A stretch of 63,905 nt of DNA, counting the filler, from Octopus bimaculoides (lineage: Eukaryota), in assembly GCF_001194135.2 (NCBI RefSeq). It is 5 parts of 5 records of this genome, joined end to end, with 100 filler letters (N's around TTAATTAATTAA, not from the genome) between each part and the next. Parts side by side here need not be neighbours in the genome. Positions count along the whole stretch, not along the records: positions 34,831 to 55,814 come from NC_068983.1; positions 55,915 to 57,719 come from NC_068985.1; positions 57,820 to 63,905 come from NC_068986.1; 2 more parts are not named here. The stretch is one strand, 5' to 3'. Below, piece after piece: positions 52,330 through 63,905 of the stretch (position 1 is its first letter; each line of letters starts with the position of its first letter). Under the pieces are notes generated by a model, which was not told the origin of the DNA, made no database searches, and worked only from the letters and a program-made list of their open reading frames with translations. The translations under genes were made by a program, and so were the position numbers.

Positions 52330-52364
52330 GTTTCTGACGAAGAGCTTTACTCGAAACGTAAAAC
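52330..52364 (+). ncRNA. Minimal type I hammerhead ribozyme motif
   Basis: gttt-CTGACGA-A-GAG-cttta-CTC-GAAA-CG-TA-aaac. Full consensus core, 4-bp stem I, 3-bp stem II, palindromic ACGT stem III, predicted cleavage after A52360. Confidence 0.7.
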
Positions 52365-52576
52365 TATTTTTCTTTCCTTCACTGAACGTCTGCTAATACT
52401 TTGCATGTACCACGTCCGCAAGTTTTTTCTTGTGTTTTTCCTCGCTTTTTCTCTTCGTTAACAAATATATATATATATATATATATGCATACATACACAC
52501 ACTTACACAATACAGCTTTTCATTACATTTGGAACGCTATGAAATAACATTTCTCCCCAATGGTGTATTATAGAGG

Positions 52577-53242
52577 GTGCGTAAGATATTTGAGGACAGA
52601 TTTGTGTTTATAAAAAACAAACAGATACATAATAACACGTAATAACTTTATTTATCAAAAAATGCTATGAGTATAGAAATAAACCTTCTTCTCTATAATG
52701 TTATTTAATAAAGCTACCTTCAGCTTCAACAACTGTTTCTACATTGAAGTCCTGGAAATAATTGTTAAGCCCTGGATAGAAAGTGTATGCAATGGAAGGT
52801 CATATGTGTTTCAGTAAGACGCCGCACAATCACACATGGCTGTAGTAACACAGGAAAGGATGGCTGAAAATGTTCACGATCACATAACCTCTAAACTTTG
52901 GCCTCCTAATTCCCCAGATCTCAGTCCATTGGACTATTACATGTGAAGCGTTTTGAGAGAGAGTCATTGAACACGCCCATAACACTAAAGATTCTTTGAA
53001 AGCTGCTATAGTCAGAGTAATGTCCCAAATTAACTAGGACGACTTGATTCGAGCATGTAGATGATTTACATCTCATATGGAAGCAGTTGTTGAAGCTGAA
53101 GGTGGCCTTATTGAATAACGTTATAGAAAAAAAGGCTTGTTTTAACCCTCATAGCACTTTCTGATAAATAAAGCTATTATCTATTATTATATATCTGTTT
53201 ATTTTTTATAAACATAAATCTGTCCTCAAATATCTTACGCAC
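52577..53242 (+). mobile_element. Tc1/mariner DNA transposon, internally deleted
   Basis: ~55-bp TIRs (gtgcgtaagatatttgaggacagattt...). Transposase C-terminus WPPNSPDLSPLDYY...LKAAIVRVMSQI...LIRAC...EAVVEAEGGLIE*. Confidence 0.88.
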
Positions 53243-53889
53243 GAGGAATAGACAATCGGTAAGATTCGTTAAATCCGAAACCGGTCCCTGTTTAAGAATG
53301 TGTTTTTTTAGGTGATTTTAAATGTCTTGCCCGCTTACGTTTTGGTATTTTGGTATGCTGCTATATTTCATGTTGAGAACAATTTAGGTCTCAATAGACA
53401 CAAGATGTGATCTATTTCTAGCACATTAATTGTCCACGTTAGTGGTCAACGTTATATATAAAAATGTTCCTTAATCCCCTGAGATTGCAGATACTATTTC
53501 TGAATCTCTCTGATTCTTTAGATGTGCTGGCCTCCTGGTAATTAATCGATATTAATTAATATATGATTAATTACCATATTTTATNNNNNNNNNNNNNNNN
53601 NNNNNNNNNNNNNNNNNNNNNNNNNNNNNNNNNNNNNNNNNNNNNNNNNNNNNNNNNNNNNNNNNNNNNNNNNNNNNNNNNNNNNNNNNNNNNNNNNNNN
53701 NNNNNNNNNNNNNNNNNNNNNNNNNNNNNNNNNNNNNNNNNNNNNNNNNNNNNNNNNNNNNNNNNNNNNNNNNNNNNNNNNNNNNNNNNNNNNNNNNNNN
53801 NNNNNNNNNNNNNNNNNNNNNTATATATATGCAGGTTACTGTCAATCCCTATATATTTATGATATATATATATATATATATATATATAT

Positions 53890-54012
53890 GGAGAGCTTCA
53901 TTCAGTTACCGTCTACGAATCAACTCACAAGGTACTGGCCGTTTTCGTCAGCCCAGGCCTGAACCCGAACCCATGTCGTTGGGATACAAGCTTCTTACCA
54001 CACAGCCATGCT
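53890..54012 (-). mobile_element. SINE family A, 5' fragment
   Basis: ttcagttaccgtctac...actcacaagg...tgaacccgaacccatg...cttaccacacagccatgc. Confidence 0.7.
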
Positions 54013-54305
54013 AGAGGATGAGAAGACACTATGATAAGCGTATATTACACGAACAGCGGATTATTGCCTATTCCGGATACATAAAACCTTACCTCTTAAT
54101 CAAGGAACAAGTGATTCTGCAGCATAGAAGTTGATAACTGTTTCGCTTGAGCGTGTAATAAAGAGATAAAAGATGGACAAGCACATATGTATGGCATTGT
54201 ATCATTCATATGTTTCATGAAAGATGTTACATAAGCCTAACATGTTTTATAAATGATATAAATTATATTAGGCCATATATACTTTCTTGTCTTTTATCTG
54301 CTACT

Positions 54306-54377
<72 letters not shown>

Positions 54378-54438
54378 TAGAGAGACATAAATAGTTATAT
54401 ATATACATATATGTGTATACATATGTATACCTATACAT

Positions 54439-54486
<48 letters not shown>

Positions 54487-55914
54487 ACATACTTACACAC
54501 ACTATGTGTGTGTGTGTGTGAAAATATGCTTGTGATACATTTTCTGATATTAGTAGTATGCGTGGTCAGTGTGCACATATGCAGATAGACAGATAGACAG
54601 ATAAAACAGAGGAAAAGAAGCTGATTAATTCGATGTTCTGTCTATGTTACAAGGGAAATGAGCTTAACATCAGTTACCGGCATAATATCTTCCTGAAGCA
54701 TAACCGAAAGATCATTTAATTAAAGGAATGTCTTTACTCTTGTGGCTTGCGACATAGCAAGTTGTTTGAAAATTAATAATATGTGTGGTGGTGGTCAAAT
54801 CTGTAAACTGGATTCTCATTAAACATTGAACTGATAAAACGATGCAGTGTTTTTGATGTTTGTTTATATAAACAAAACAAAATAATAAAAGCCAAAATAT
54901 GTCAAACAACTAACCAGACAACCAGATAAACAGGCAATCAGCCAAATAGCCTAACAACTTTCTGTCCACTCAAACACAGAACCGACTTCACCATCCTGCT
55001 TGTCGACCTAACAGCAAACCAGCAGACAGACAGACGGACGAACAGGCAGATAGACAGACGGACAGTCGCACAGACTGACGGTTAATCCCAAATAAGTAGC
55101 CAATCAACTCAGTAAAATATCAACAATTCAAAGAATTCAGGAATTTCATTATTTGTTGTATCCGTGGCAACACTTCAAGCGCTTTCATCTGATAGTTTTC
55201 AAACAGTGTTTTTAGTGTCTGTTTCTCTGAGAGTAATTCCTCCCCACCAGGGTCGTTAGTTATAGATTCTACGTAATCAAGAAGTGTTGTGCAGTACAGT
55301 AGAGTGCATCAGATCCGAATGCATTTGAAGTTCATCACAGACATATACTGTTCGTAGTTGTGACATTACGGGAAATATGTGCCTCTCGAAACGGTTAAAA
55401 GTAATTAGATTTATCAAAGATACTTGAATTAGAAAGGAAGCCTTAGGCAAGCAAATATTAAGTGTCTTGCCCACGGAAGTACAATGTAGTGCAGTGCAAC
55501 ACCTCCAGCGAGGGAAGGATGCGTTTCTGATGTGGAAGGTAGCTATTCCATGGAACTGACCAATTCCTTTATAAATACATCTCCAGCATAGGTGCTTAAG
55601 TAAAATATTTTGTTTGTCTCTTGTGTAGTGTATTGTGATACTTCTTATACAACAAGAATAACAACTAAACTACTATTACTACTACTATTCGTTTCTGATA
55701 TAGGCACAACGGGGGCTAATGCAGTTTCGCACCTCTCCTTGAAAAATGCATTTTTTTTTTTAATTTTATTCGGATTCCTACGTTTTAGATGTCGGGGAGA
55801 TTACGAATATGCAANNNNNNNNNNNNNNNNNNNNNNNNNNNNNNNNNNNNNNNNNNNNTTAATTAATTAANNNNNNNNNNNNNNNNNNNNNNNNNNNNNN
55901 NNNNNNNNNNNNNN

Positions 55915-56238
55915 GGCACTTGTGCCCGTGACATGTGTAAGGATTTTCGAGCGAGATCGTTGCCAGCGCCCCTGGACTGGCTCTTGTGCGGGTGGCACAT
56001 AAAATACACCATTTTGATCGTGGCCGTTGGCAGTACCGCCTGACTGGCCTTCGTGCGGGTGACACGTAAAAGCACCCACCACACTCCCTGAGTGGTTGGC
56101 GTTAGGAAGGGCATCCAGCTGTAGAAACTCTGCCAAATCAGATTGGAGCCTGGTGTTGCCATCCGGTTTCACCAGTCCTCAGTCAAATCGTCCAACCCAT
56201 GCTAGCATGGAAAGTGGACGTTAAACGATGATGATGAT
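55915..56238 (+). mobile_element. SINE family D (Ceph-SINE-like), 3' part with (GAT)n tail
   Basis: cactccctgagtggttggcgttaggaagggcatccagctgtagaaac...catgctagcatggaaagtggacgttaaacgatgatgatgat. Confidence 0.8.
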
Positions 56239-57588
56239 ACTGGGTTTTGTAAATTAATCTGGTATCTAAAAGATCGTAATAAACGATTTGATTTGGAGTG
56301 GAATATCCTCTCTATATCTTTGCCGTATGACAGAGGTAAATCTTTTTGTTCGCTTTGTAACAGTGAGATGTACTTTATCCTGTTCTCAGAGAATCCCTTG
56401 TAAACACATTTATAGGGCACGTTTATCGTTGCAAACAATGACAGAAACATACCCTTAGTTCCTATAAGTGGTTTCTTTCAACTCTATAAAATTTGACCTT
56501 TGACTGTCTTCTTACATTTCACTTCCACTCAATATATCTACTCCCAAGCCTTTAAGCTTTATTCTGATTCACATCGCTCTATATCTCTCCACTATTAGTT
56601 AGTTTTCTGATAATTTCTTTCTTTCTCCTCCTTCTCTTTCTATAAACTACGTTGACGTATCTACTAACAGTTAAAAACTTACTAGCGTTCCCTTCATCAT
56701 ATACGCAGTCATCACATTCTGTTAAAATGTTTTATTGATGTGTTTGGTTTATTTCTTTCCCTGATGAGAGGATTGCACTGTTTTACACCATTTTATTCGT
56801 TCTAGAATAATACCAATGTTTTCTTTGAAACATGTTAGAAGTAAAAAGATTTAAATNNNNNNNNNNTCGACTAAAGACAGTGCTCCAGCATGGCCGCAGT
56901 TAAATGACTGAAACAAAGAGTAAAAGAGATATATATGCATATGTCCATACATATATGTACATATATGTGTATATATACATGCATATATGGGTACAGGACA
57001 TCAAAAAAACGTTGAACTCAATGAGAAACGAAAACATAGAAAACGAACTTTTTTCGAACAACGAAAAAACAGAGAAACGAGATGTGCAACATAAAGAGTA
57101 TACCCCTTCGTCAGTTGTCCCTGTTTCATCTACCCCGCTTTTCGAAGGCAAGGACAATACGCTACTTCGTTGAAACAGTCCTTCCCACAAAGCAAATTAA
57201 ATAAAATTTGGGATTTTTTGCGGAGGGTGAAAATGTTAACAAGAACAGGACAGTGAAAACAAGACAGTAAAAACAAACGGTGAGGGCTGTTGAGCCAAGA
57301 TGATAGAAAAATTATGAACGCTAGGTAGACGAGCCATGAGAGAAGACAGGAAAAGGCACGTCTTTTCTTTAGGAAGGAAATGAACAGAAAGAGAGATCCC
57401 CTTTCGTCATGTGTCAGCGATGAGAGAGTCAAGGAGGAAGAGTGAGAGAGAGAGAGAGGGAACGGTGAAAAGGAGAGAAGAATAGGGAAAGAGTGGGAGA
57501 GAAAAACAGGATGAAGAAGAGAGAGATAGATAGAAGAGTGCGCATCAAAACTTACTTGGAAAAGGATACGTGGCATTCGATCATATAA

Positions 57589-57719
57589 TCTATATATATA
57601 AAAATGAGAATGTGTGTCTGTCTGTGTGTGTGAATCCCTAAAACTCGAGAACTACGCAACCAATTTCATTCAAATTTTACACATGCTTTACTTAGGGTTC
57701 CAGTTGTGTTTTAGTCAAA
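57589..57719 (+). mobile_element. Non-autonomous Helitron 5' end (Lep1/DINE-like architecture), running into a gap
   Basis: A|TCTATATATATAAAAATGAGAATGTGTGTCTGTCTGTGTG...CTAAAACTCGAGAACTACGCAACCAATTTCATTCAAATTTTACAC. Confidence 0.7.
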
Positions 57720-57819
57720 NNNNNNNNNNNNNNNNNNNNNNNNNNNNNNNNNNNNNNNNNNNNTTAATTAATTAANNNNNNNNNNNNNNNNNNNNNNNNN
57801 NNNNNNNNNNNNNNNNNNN

Positions 57820-58067
57820 TATCATAGTAGGTGCCTTAGGTATAATAAAAAAATATTCAGACAAATACATAACAAAAACACCAGGAGTTACAAATTTATA
57901 TAACATACAGAAAATTGCACTACTGGGCACTGTACACATCCTACGCAAAACACTTTCAATACAGTAACCATAAGATCATCACAGCAAACCACAGCACATA
58001 CCCAAGGCACACAGAGCTGCGCTCGGTGGTGAAGTGAAAGCACGTTATAAAAATAAAACTACTGAAC
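57820..58067 (+). mobile_element. R4/Dong-like 3' end, followed by (AAT)n
   Basis: IIVGALGIIKKYSDKYITKTPG...QKIALLGTVHILRKTLSIQ*. The 3' UTR is nearly identical to 6014-6234. Confidence 0.85.
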
Positions 58068-58084
58068 AATAATAATAATAATAA

Positions 58085-58512
58085 TCCTTTCTACTATAGG
58101 CACAACACCTGCCTGAAATTTGTGGGGAGGGGACTAGTCGGTTACATCGACCCAGTGCATAGCTGGTACTTAATTCATTGACTGTAAAAGGATGACAAGC
58201 AAAGTCAACTCTTGTGGAAATTTGAACTTAGAACGTGAAGACAAACGAAATACCTCTAAGCATTTCGACCGACGTGCTAACGATACTGCCAGCATAATAA
58301 TAATAATCTTTCCTACTAAAGGCACATGGGCTGAAATTTGTAGTGGGGGCACTAGTCGATTACATCGGCCCCAGTGTTTCACTGGTTCTGAATTTATCGA
58401 CATCGAAAGGATGAAAGGCAACGTCGACCTCGGCGGAATTTGAAATCAGAACGTATCGGCAGACGAAATACATTTCGCCCGGCATGCTAACGATTGTGCC
58501 AGCTCGCCGACT
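58085..58512 (-). mobile_element. Two SINE family B copies in tandem, separated by a short ATA tract
   Basis: Both show cctactaXaggcaca...gggcactagtcg.ttacatcg.cccagtg...gacgaaatac...gctaacgat. Confidence 0.8.
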
Positions 58513-58542
58513 TTATAATTCGTAATAATTATAATAATAATT

Positions 58543-59040
58543 CCTAAACTGGTATGAACATTACTAAGTAAATTTATGCAGGAGGATGGAAAAGTAACGA
58601 TAATCTGGGACTATGATTTTCAGACGGATCGTGTAATCGAACATCGTCGACTGGTTATTGTCATATTGAATAAGAGAGATAAGTACTGTTAGATCATTGA
58701 TATAGCCACACCAAATGATATGAATGTTGTGAGTAAAGAGCTTGAAAAAGATCACAAAGTACTCCGAATTGAAAGTGGAAATGGCAAGACTGTATGGAAC
58801 GCGAGAGAGCAATGTAAAAGTGATACCAGTGGTGATTGGAGCGTTGGGCTTAATCCCATTGAAACTTCAAGACTTCTTAAGACAATTGGAAATCCCACGC
58901 AAAATTGGTGTCTTGCAAACAAGCAGCCTTATTAAGCACAGCGCACAACTTAAGGAAAGTATTATCTATCTGAGGTCCTTGTAACTTGACAGATGACTAA
59001 AGACTCTGATGCATTTTTACCTACACTGTGTTACGAAGGA
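58543..59040 (+). mobile_element. R4/Dong-like REL fragment (different subfamily), TAA-flanked
   Basis: VTIIWDYDFQTDRVIEHRRLVIV...IDIATPND...KYSELKVEMARLY...IPVVIGALG. Preceded by ataataataa and followed by (CTA)n(TAA)n. Confidence 0.8.
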
Positions 59041-59064
59041 CTACTACTACTACTACTACTACTA

Positions 59065-59132
<68 letters not shown>

Positions 59133-59134
59133 TA

Positions 59135-59270
59135 GTGGCGAGCTAGCAGAATGACGTGCAGTATTTTGTCCGTCTTTAATGTTCTGAGTTCAAATTATAC
59201 TGAGGTCGACTTTGCCTTTCATCCTTTCGAGATCGATAAATTAAGTGCTAATGAAACTTTGGAGTCAATT
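59135..59270 (+). mobile_element. SINE family B, diverged
   Basis: gtggcgagctagcagaat...gttctgagttcaaatt...gaggtcgactttgcctttcatcctttcgagatcgataaa. Confidence 0.75.
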
Positions 59271-59753
59271 TTTATTATTTCTATTGAGTGAAAGAGTAAT
59301 ACATGCCATCAAAGTGACATTGGGATACAGATATACGAAGCCCAATATATCCATCATGACTACTCGTTTGATAAGAATACACCAGACACATACATCACAG
59401 TTATATGTCCGCGACATGGTCATCTCATATCAAGACAAACAGCACATGACCTTGCAGGTGGGGGCCAAGTTAGAATCTTCTTTAGACTGAAAAGCCAATC
59501 CTGCTCAAAAGGTCCTTGAATAAAGTTTGTTTAAGGATGATGACAAAGCACCCATGTTTCCAGAGGTGAATTATTCACACTCCTAAGAATTCCTCTCAAC
59601 AGATGGCTATGATGCTCTCCCACTACTTCTGCTCGTGCTCAGAGATGTACGTATCGTCAGCCACTATGGGACATGCTCAACTGGTTAAGGTCAAGCAACT
59701 GACAAGCAAATCTGTGGTACTGTGCAGAATATTTGCTGTAGCCCATCTTTTAC

Positions 59754-60730
59754 ATTATTATTCAGTAGTCATATTTTTATCACGTGCTTTCACTGCACTA
59801 CAGAGCGCAGCTCTGTGTGGCTTGGGTATGTGCTGTGGGTTGTTGTGATGCTTTTATTTTATGTATGCTGTGGGTTGTTGTGATGCTCTTTATTTTATCT
59901 GTATTGAAAATGTTTTACGTAGAATGCGTGCTGTGCCTAGTAGTGCCATTTTCTGTATGCTATATATACTTGTTAGTTCTGGTGTTTTTTGTTATGTATT
60001 TGACTGAATATTTTTTCTCTCATACCTAATGCGCCTACTACGATAGGAATTGTTTCTGTTTTTAGAGTCCACATTCGAGTTACTTCTATTTCCGGATCTT
60101 TGTATTTTGAGTGTTTCTCCATTTCTTTTAGAGAAGCCTTATTATCTGTTGATATTGATACATCGATTAAAAAGCATTTTTTTTCCTGGTGATCTCTGAC
60201 AACTATATCCGGCCTATTGGCCTTAATTTCTCTATCTGTGTGTATTGGCATATCCCAGAGTATGATTGCTTTCTCTTTTTCTGTGACTCTTTCTGACGTG
60301 TGCCTATACCACCTTTTTCTGTTGTTATTTCATAGTTTGGCATAGCTTCCAGCGTATATAGGTCTCAACTCTGCTGTGTCTGTGAATATATTCCTTCTTA
60401 GCCAGGACTGTGCAGCCAGAGACAATATGGTTTATTGTTTTTTCTTCATCTCCACATATAATGCAGTTATTTGTATTTCTTTTCAATACATGTTTTTGGT
60501 AATTTCTGGTGGGTAATTTCTTGTGCTGAAATTAAAAATCCTTCAGTCTCTGGTTTGAGTCCTAAGCTTCTCAGCCATGAAGGAGCTTTTTTGCCATCGT
60601 TTTATCACGGTCCGTTGCTACTCCAGTTTTAACTTGGATTTCAGTTGTTTTACATCTTTTGTTGTTTTTTTCTTTTCTTCATAATTGTTAGACACTATGA
60701 CTTCTTTTTTGTATTTGTCAGCTTCCTTAA
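59754..60730 (-). mobile_element. R4/Dong-like element, linker to 3' end
   Basis: KEADKYKKEVIVSNNYEEKK...WLRSLGLKPETEG...RHNRVETYI...TDREIKANRPDIVVRD...CFLIDVSIS...KYKD...PIVVGALG. The 3' UTR is the same family as 6014-6234. Confidence 0.85.
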
Positions 60731-60734
60731 AGAC

Positions 60735-62950
60735 TGAAAACAATCTTCGAGAAACAATCCACTACTACACCCACAGACAAGTTCGTGTTTAAATCGCGAA
60801 AATGTCTAGCCCTGATAAAGGACATGGGACCTTCAAAACTGACTTATGGAATATCGTAAAGAAGGCTAAGTTTCGGCATTGTTCTTAATCTTTCCTAAAA
60901 TCTTTAAATGAATGCATGGCAAAAATTAAGCAATTGCCTAATGTACATATCCTCGCAGACAACGTTTATGAAAGAAGCATGCAAGATTCCTCACAAGCGC
61001 GACCTTCAAGACATACATACAAGAAATTTTGTACCTCCACATACAATGACATAAATACAGAAGCGAAGGAGTTAGCTATCCTTCATAATATAGAGGACTG
61101 TGTGAACCGCCTCGCCACGCACCATCCCTATCACATATGACTTAAGGACCACAAACCTAATTTCCTCTCCAATCCCAAATGCAGGCTGATCAATCCCACT
61201 AAAATGAGATCGGCATAGTCAGTAAGCGCATCCGCGATACCATCAAATCTGGTATTAGAAGGGCCACAGGGCTGATCCAATAGGATTACAGCGCAGCTGT
61301 GATTGACTGCTTCGACTGTATCGGAAACAAATCAGCTTGAAGATTCACAAAATTTGACATCGTGGACTTGTACCCTTCTATATAAAAATGTCTTTTTCTA
61401 AATGCCCTGGATTTGTCTAGGCAGTTCACTAGTATAAGTGATCTCGATGTTAGAATCATTATGAACATCAGAAAGTCAATCTTGGTTCACGACGATTGCT
61501 TCTGGGTGAAGCAAGAAGGTGATCCACTGTTCGACATTTCTATGGGGAACTAGGACGGAACTGAAATCGCCGACCTCGTTGGGTAATTTATCTTGGACAC
61601 CCTCAAGAAACGTACACACCTACACTTTTGGACCGTTTGTAGGGACGATGGCATAGCAATCTCAAACCATATCAATGGTCACGTCATGACCAGGTTTAGG
61701 GAAGATCTCATAAAAATATTCAAAGGATTCGACCTGTCCATAACGATTACCACCAACTTGACTACGGTCGGCTTCCTAGACGCGACCACAGAACTGAAAC
61801 GGGCAAATATTACTCGTACAGGAAACCCAACGAGGAAACTGTGTAGGTTCACAGAAGCGCAAATCATTCCCATGCAATAAGAAACCTAGTTTCAGGCATT
61901 AGTAGAATATCTAAGGTTTCAGCCGATAGGGAGATCTTCAACAGGGCAGCCTCCACTACAATGACGCATTGGCGAGGAGTGGATTTTCTGAGAAGTTAGT
62001 ATATATGTAGGGCCCTAAGTGGACCAGAAAAAGATAATCTGCTTCAACACTCCATTTAACGTAGAAGTTTCCACCGACGTGGCTAGGAGTTACCTGTCGT
62101 TCATCAAGAAATATTTCCACAGGGACCACAAGTACTATAAGCCTTTCAGCCCACATAACGCCAAGGTGAGGTACTCCTGCTTAGATAACATCACTTCTAA
62201 CATTACACGCTACAACAGTCACAAACATGCACCTACACAACCTCTAGCCCCAACCTGTAACCTCCGAAACCATACCAGCTGCCCTCTAGAAGGATCCTAC
62301 TTTTCAAGGGCTGTAGGCTATAGAACGACCCACCTATTATGCGACAGCATCAGAAGTCACTAGACGGGCATGACGGTCAAATAGAGAGAGAAGGTACACA
62401 AATCATATGCACTCGATTAGATGCGGGGATAGAGAAAATTCTACCTCTTTGTCTCGTTTCCTCTGGAGATTCGTGACCTCCGGAATGAAAACCCAACATC
62501 AAATGGACCTTCAGTGACAGGGTCCTACTTTAATTACCCGGCGCCTGGAATTGCCATCTTTGCCTCTGCGAAAGATTGTACATGCTCCACCAACCTGCAG
62601 TATCTATCAACAGGATGTCTTATTGCTGCCACCGGAGATAAGTCATCCTAGTGAATCTTCAAACCACTGCCCGCCAACGACCCTGATATACCACATTAAC
62701 ATTGGCTGCACCTCAACTCTATCTGCCACACAACTAAGGATAGGATTCTAACCACCGATGCCTACGCAAAAGACAGACCAACCTCCTAACAATATGTATC
62801 CCCTGTAACTCCCATCTCACGTCTGCTCTCCGTATACCTGAGTATATGCACTAGTATTCACTCATAAGTAAGCTTGTACTTACTCATGGCTGATACGTCC
62901 CGCATCCAAACGTACGCATTCTACGCAAACGTGCACCAGCGAGCTGGCTC
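60735..62950 (+). mobile_element. Penelope-like element of a second clade (probably Naiad-like), degenerate near-full ORF
   Basis: FVFKSRK; LKDHKPNFLSNPKCRLINPTK; FDIVDLYPSI; FDISMG; RDDGIAI; LTTVGFLDAT; FNTPFN; CNLR...CPLEG; CHLCLCER...CHR. Clade assignment is from recalled motifs only. Confidence 0.75.
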
Positions 62951-63654
62951 CCTCATCTCCCAACCACACACACTAGCTCTCAGCCAAACGCCATCTTACA
63001 CAGACATGCATACTGCNNNNNNNNNNNNNNNNNNNNNNNNNNNNNNNNNNNNNNNNNNNNNNNNNNNNNNNNNNNNNNNNNNNNNNNNNNNNNNNNNNNN
63101 NNNNNNNNNNNNNNNNNNNNNNNNNNNNNNNNNNNNNNNNCCACACACACTAGCTCTCAGCCAAACGCCATCTTACACAGACATGCATACTGCGTACACA
63201 CATGCACAACTGATATAATGCATATATAGCAGACACAACACTCACATTCACACAGTCATACATCCGGTATACACGTTCACACTCTCTCTGGCCGTGTTGT
63301 TGCCCACTTGTTAGTTCCTTCAAAGTTCGGCTGGACATCAAGCTGCCACCACATTCCTGTCCATCCACGCGGTCCTGGAAATTCTTCTTTTAATGTATCT
63401 GGTATCAATGTTGTTCCGATCTCATTTCTAAACACACCATGTGACCCGTCTTGACCCATCGCAGTCCAATTTACGGTAGCCACCTTAGACTTATTTTATC
63501 ACTTCATTCGGTAAACTGAATCTGAATGAGTTAGTTTTCTGTAAGAAGCCAGCAAAACTTGAAGTCGCCCTGGAACTGTAGCAGACTGTCTTAAATAATA
63601 AAATAAAAAATAAAAATAAAAATAACAACAACAACAACAATAATAATAATAATG

Positions 63655-63905
63655 TTTTTTGTCCGTCGATGCGACGAAGACCATCTAGTCATCCTGGGGT
63701 GGGGGTGGGCTTGTTTTGTTAGTCTGCAGATGGCTAGTGAGGCCAATCTGCGCCCGGAAGAGTCTTTGACAGTGTGGACAGGGAATGGTAGCGCCTGCTA
63801 CAGGGTTGTTAGCTCTGTTCTTCCTGGCTAGTCTGCGGTCTTCTGCAGCAGCGATCCTATTGGTCTTACATGTGTTGGCACCCTTGTGGACAGCTGATCT
63901 CTACC
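63655..63905 (-). mobile_element. RTE-clade LINE 3' end (continues past the window)
   Basis: Minus strand AVHKGANTCKTNRIAAAEDRRLARKNRA...IPCPHCQRLFRAQIGLTSHLQT (C2H2-like), then a short 3' UTR and an ATT/GTT tail. Confidence 0.8.

Noticed and set aside
57095-57150. Minus-strand CUGACGA with an upstream GAAA (permuted hammerhead?)
   Set aside because: No convincing stem III or UH cleavage site. Similar partial cores at 30608, 56762 and 62890 were also rejected as incomplete.
62640-62900. SECIS element or Sec codons in the second PLE
   Set aside because: The candidate GUGA...AAA...UGA spacing does not fit a SECIS, and the TGA stops seen are not at conserved Cys positions.

Overview
AT-rich, gap-ridden eukaryotic genomic DNA, not prokaryotic. 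The SINE repertoire looks cephalopod (probably Octopus); that is my inference from recalled repeat sequences, not a database result. Almost all ORF-track entries are translated microsatellites or N-runs. The only host-gene signal is one short first coding exon (32643-32735, +) of a probable SLC5/SGLT-type sodium:solute symporter, and no second exon is recognisable downstream. The rest is decayed mobile DNA: L1/Tx1-clade and RTE LINEs; at least seven fragments of R4/Dong-like restriction-endonuclease (REL) retrotransposons, repeatedly abutting (TAA)n tracts; a head-to-tail Helitron array, one member with an OTU-like domain; two different Penelope-like elements (PLEs); a Tc1/mariner remnant; several MITE/foldback structures; and at least four SINE families. 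The best leads are (1) three minimal hammerhead-ribozyme motifs on the sense strand of the presumed SLC5 intron, (2) the CTAG|TC Helitron junction, and (3) a (GAA)n tract that grows out of an R4/Dong ORF and may mark an inversion or mis-join. I see no intact novel multi-gene system. Boundaries of degenerate elements are approximate.
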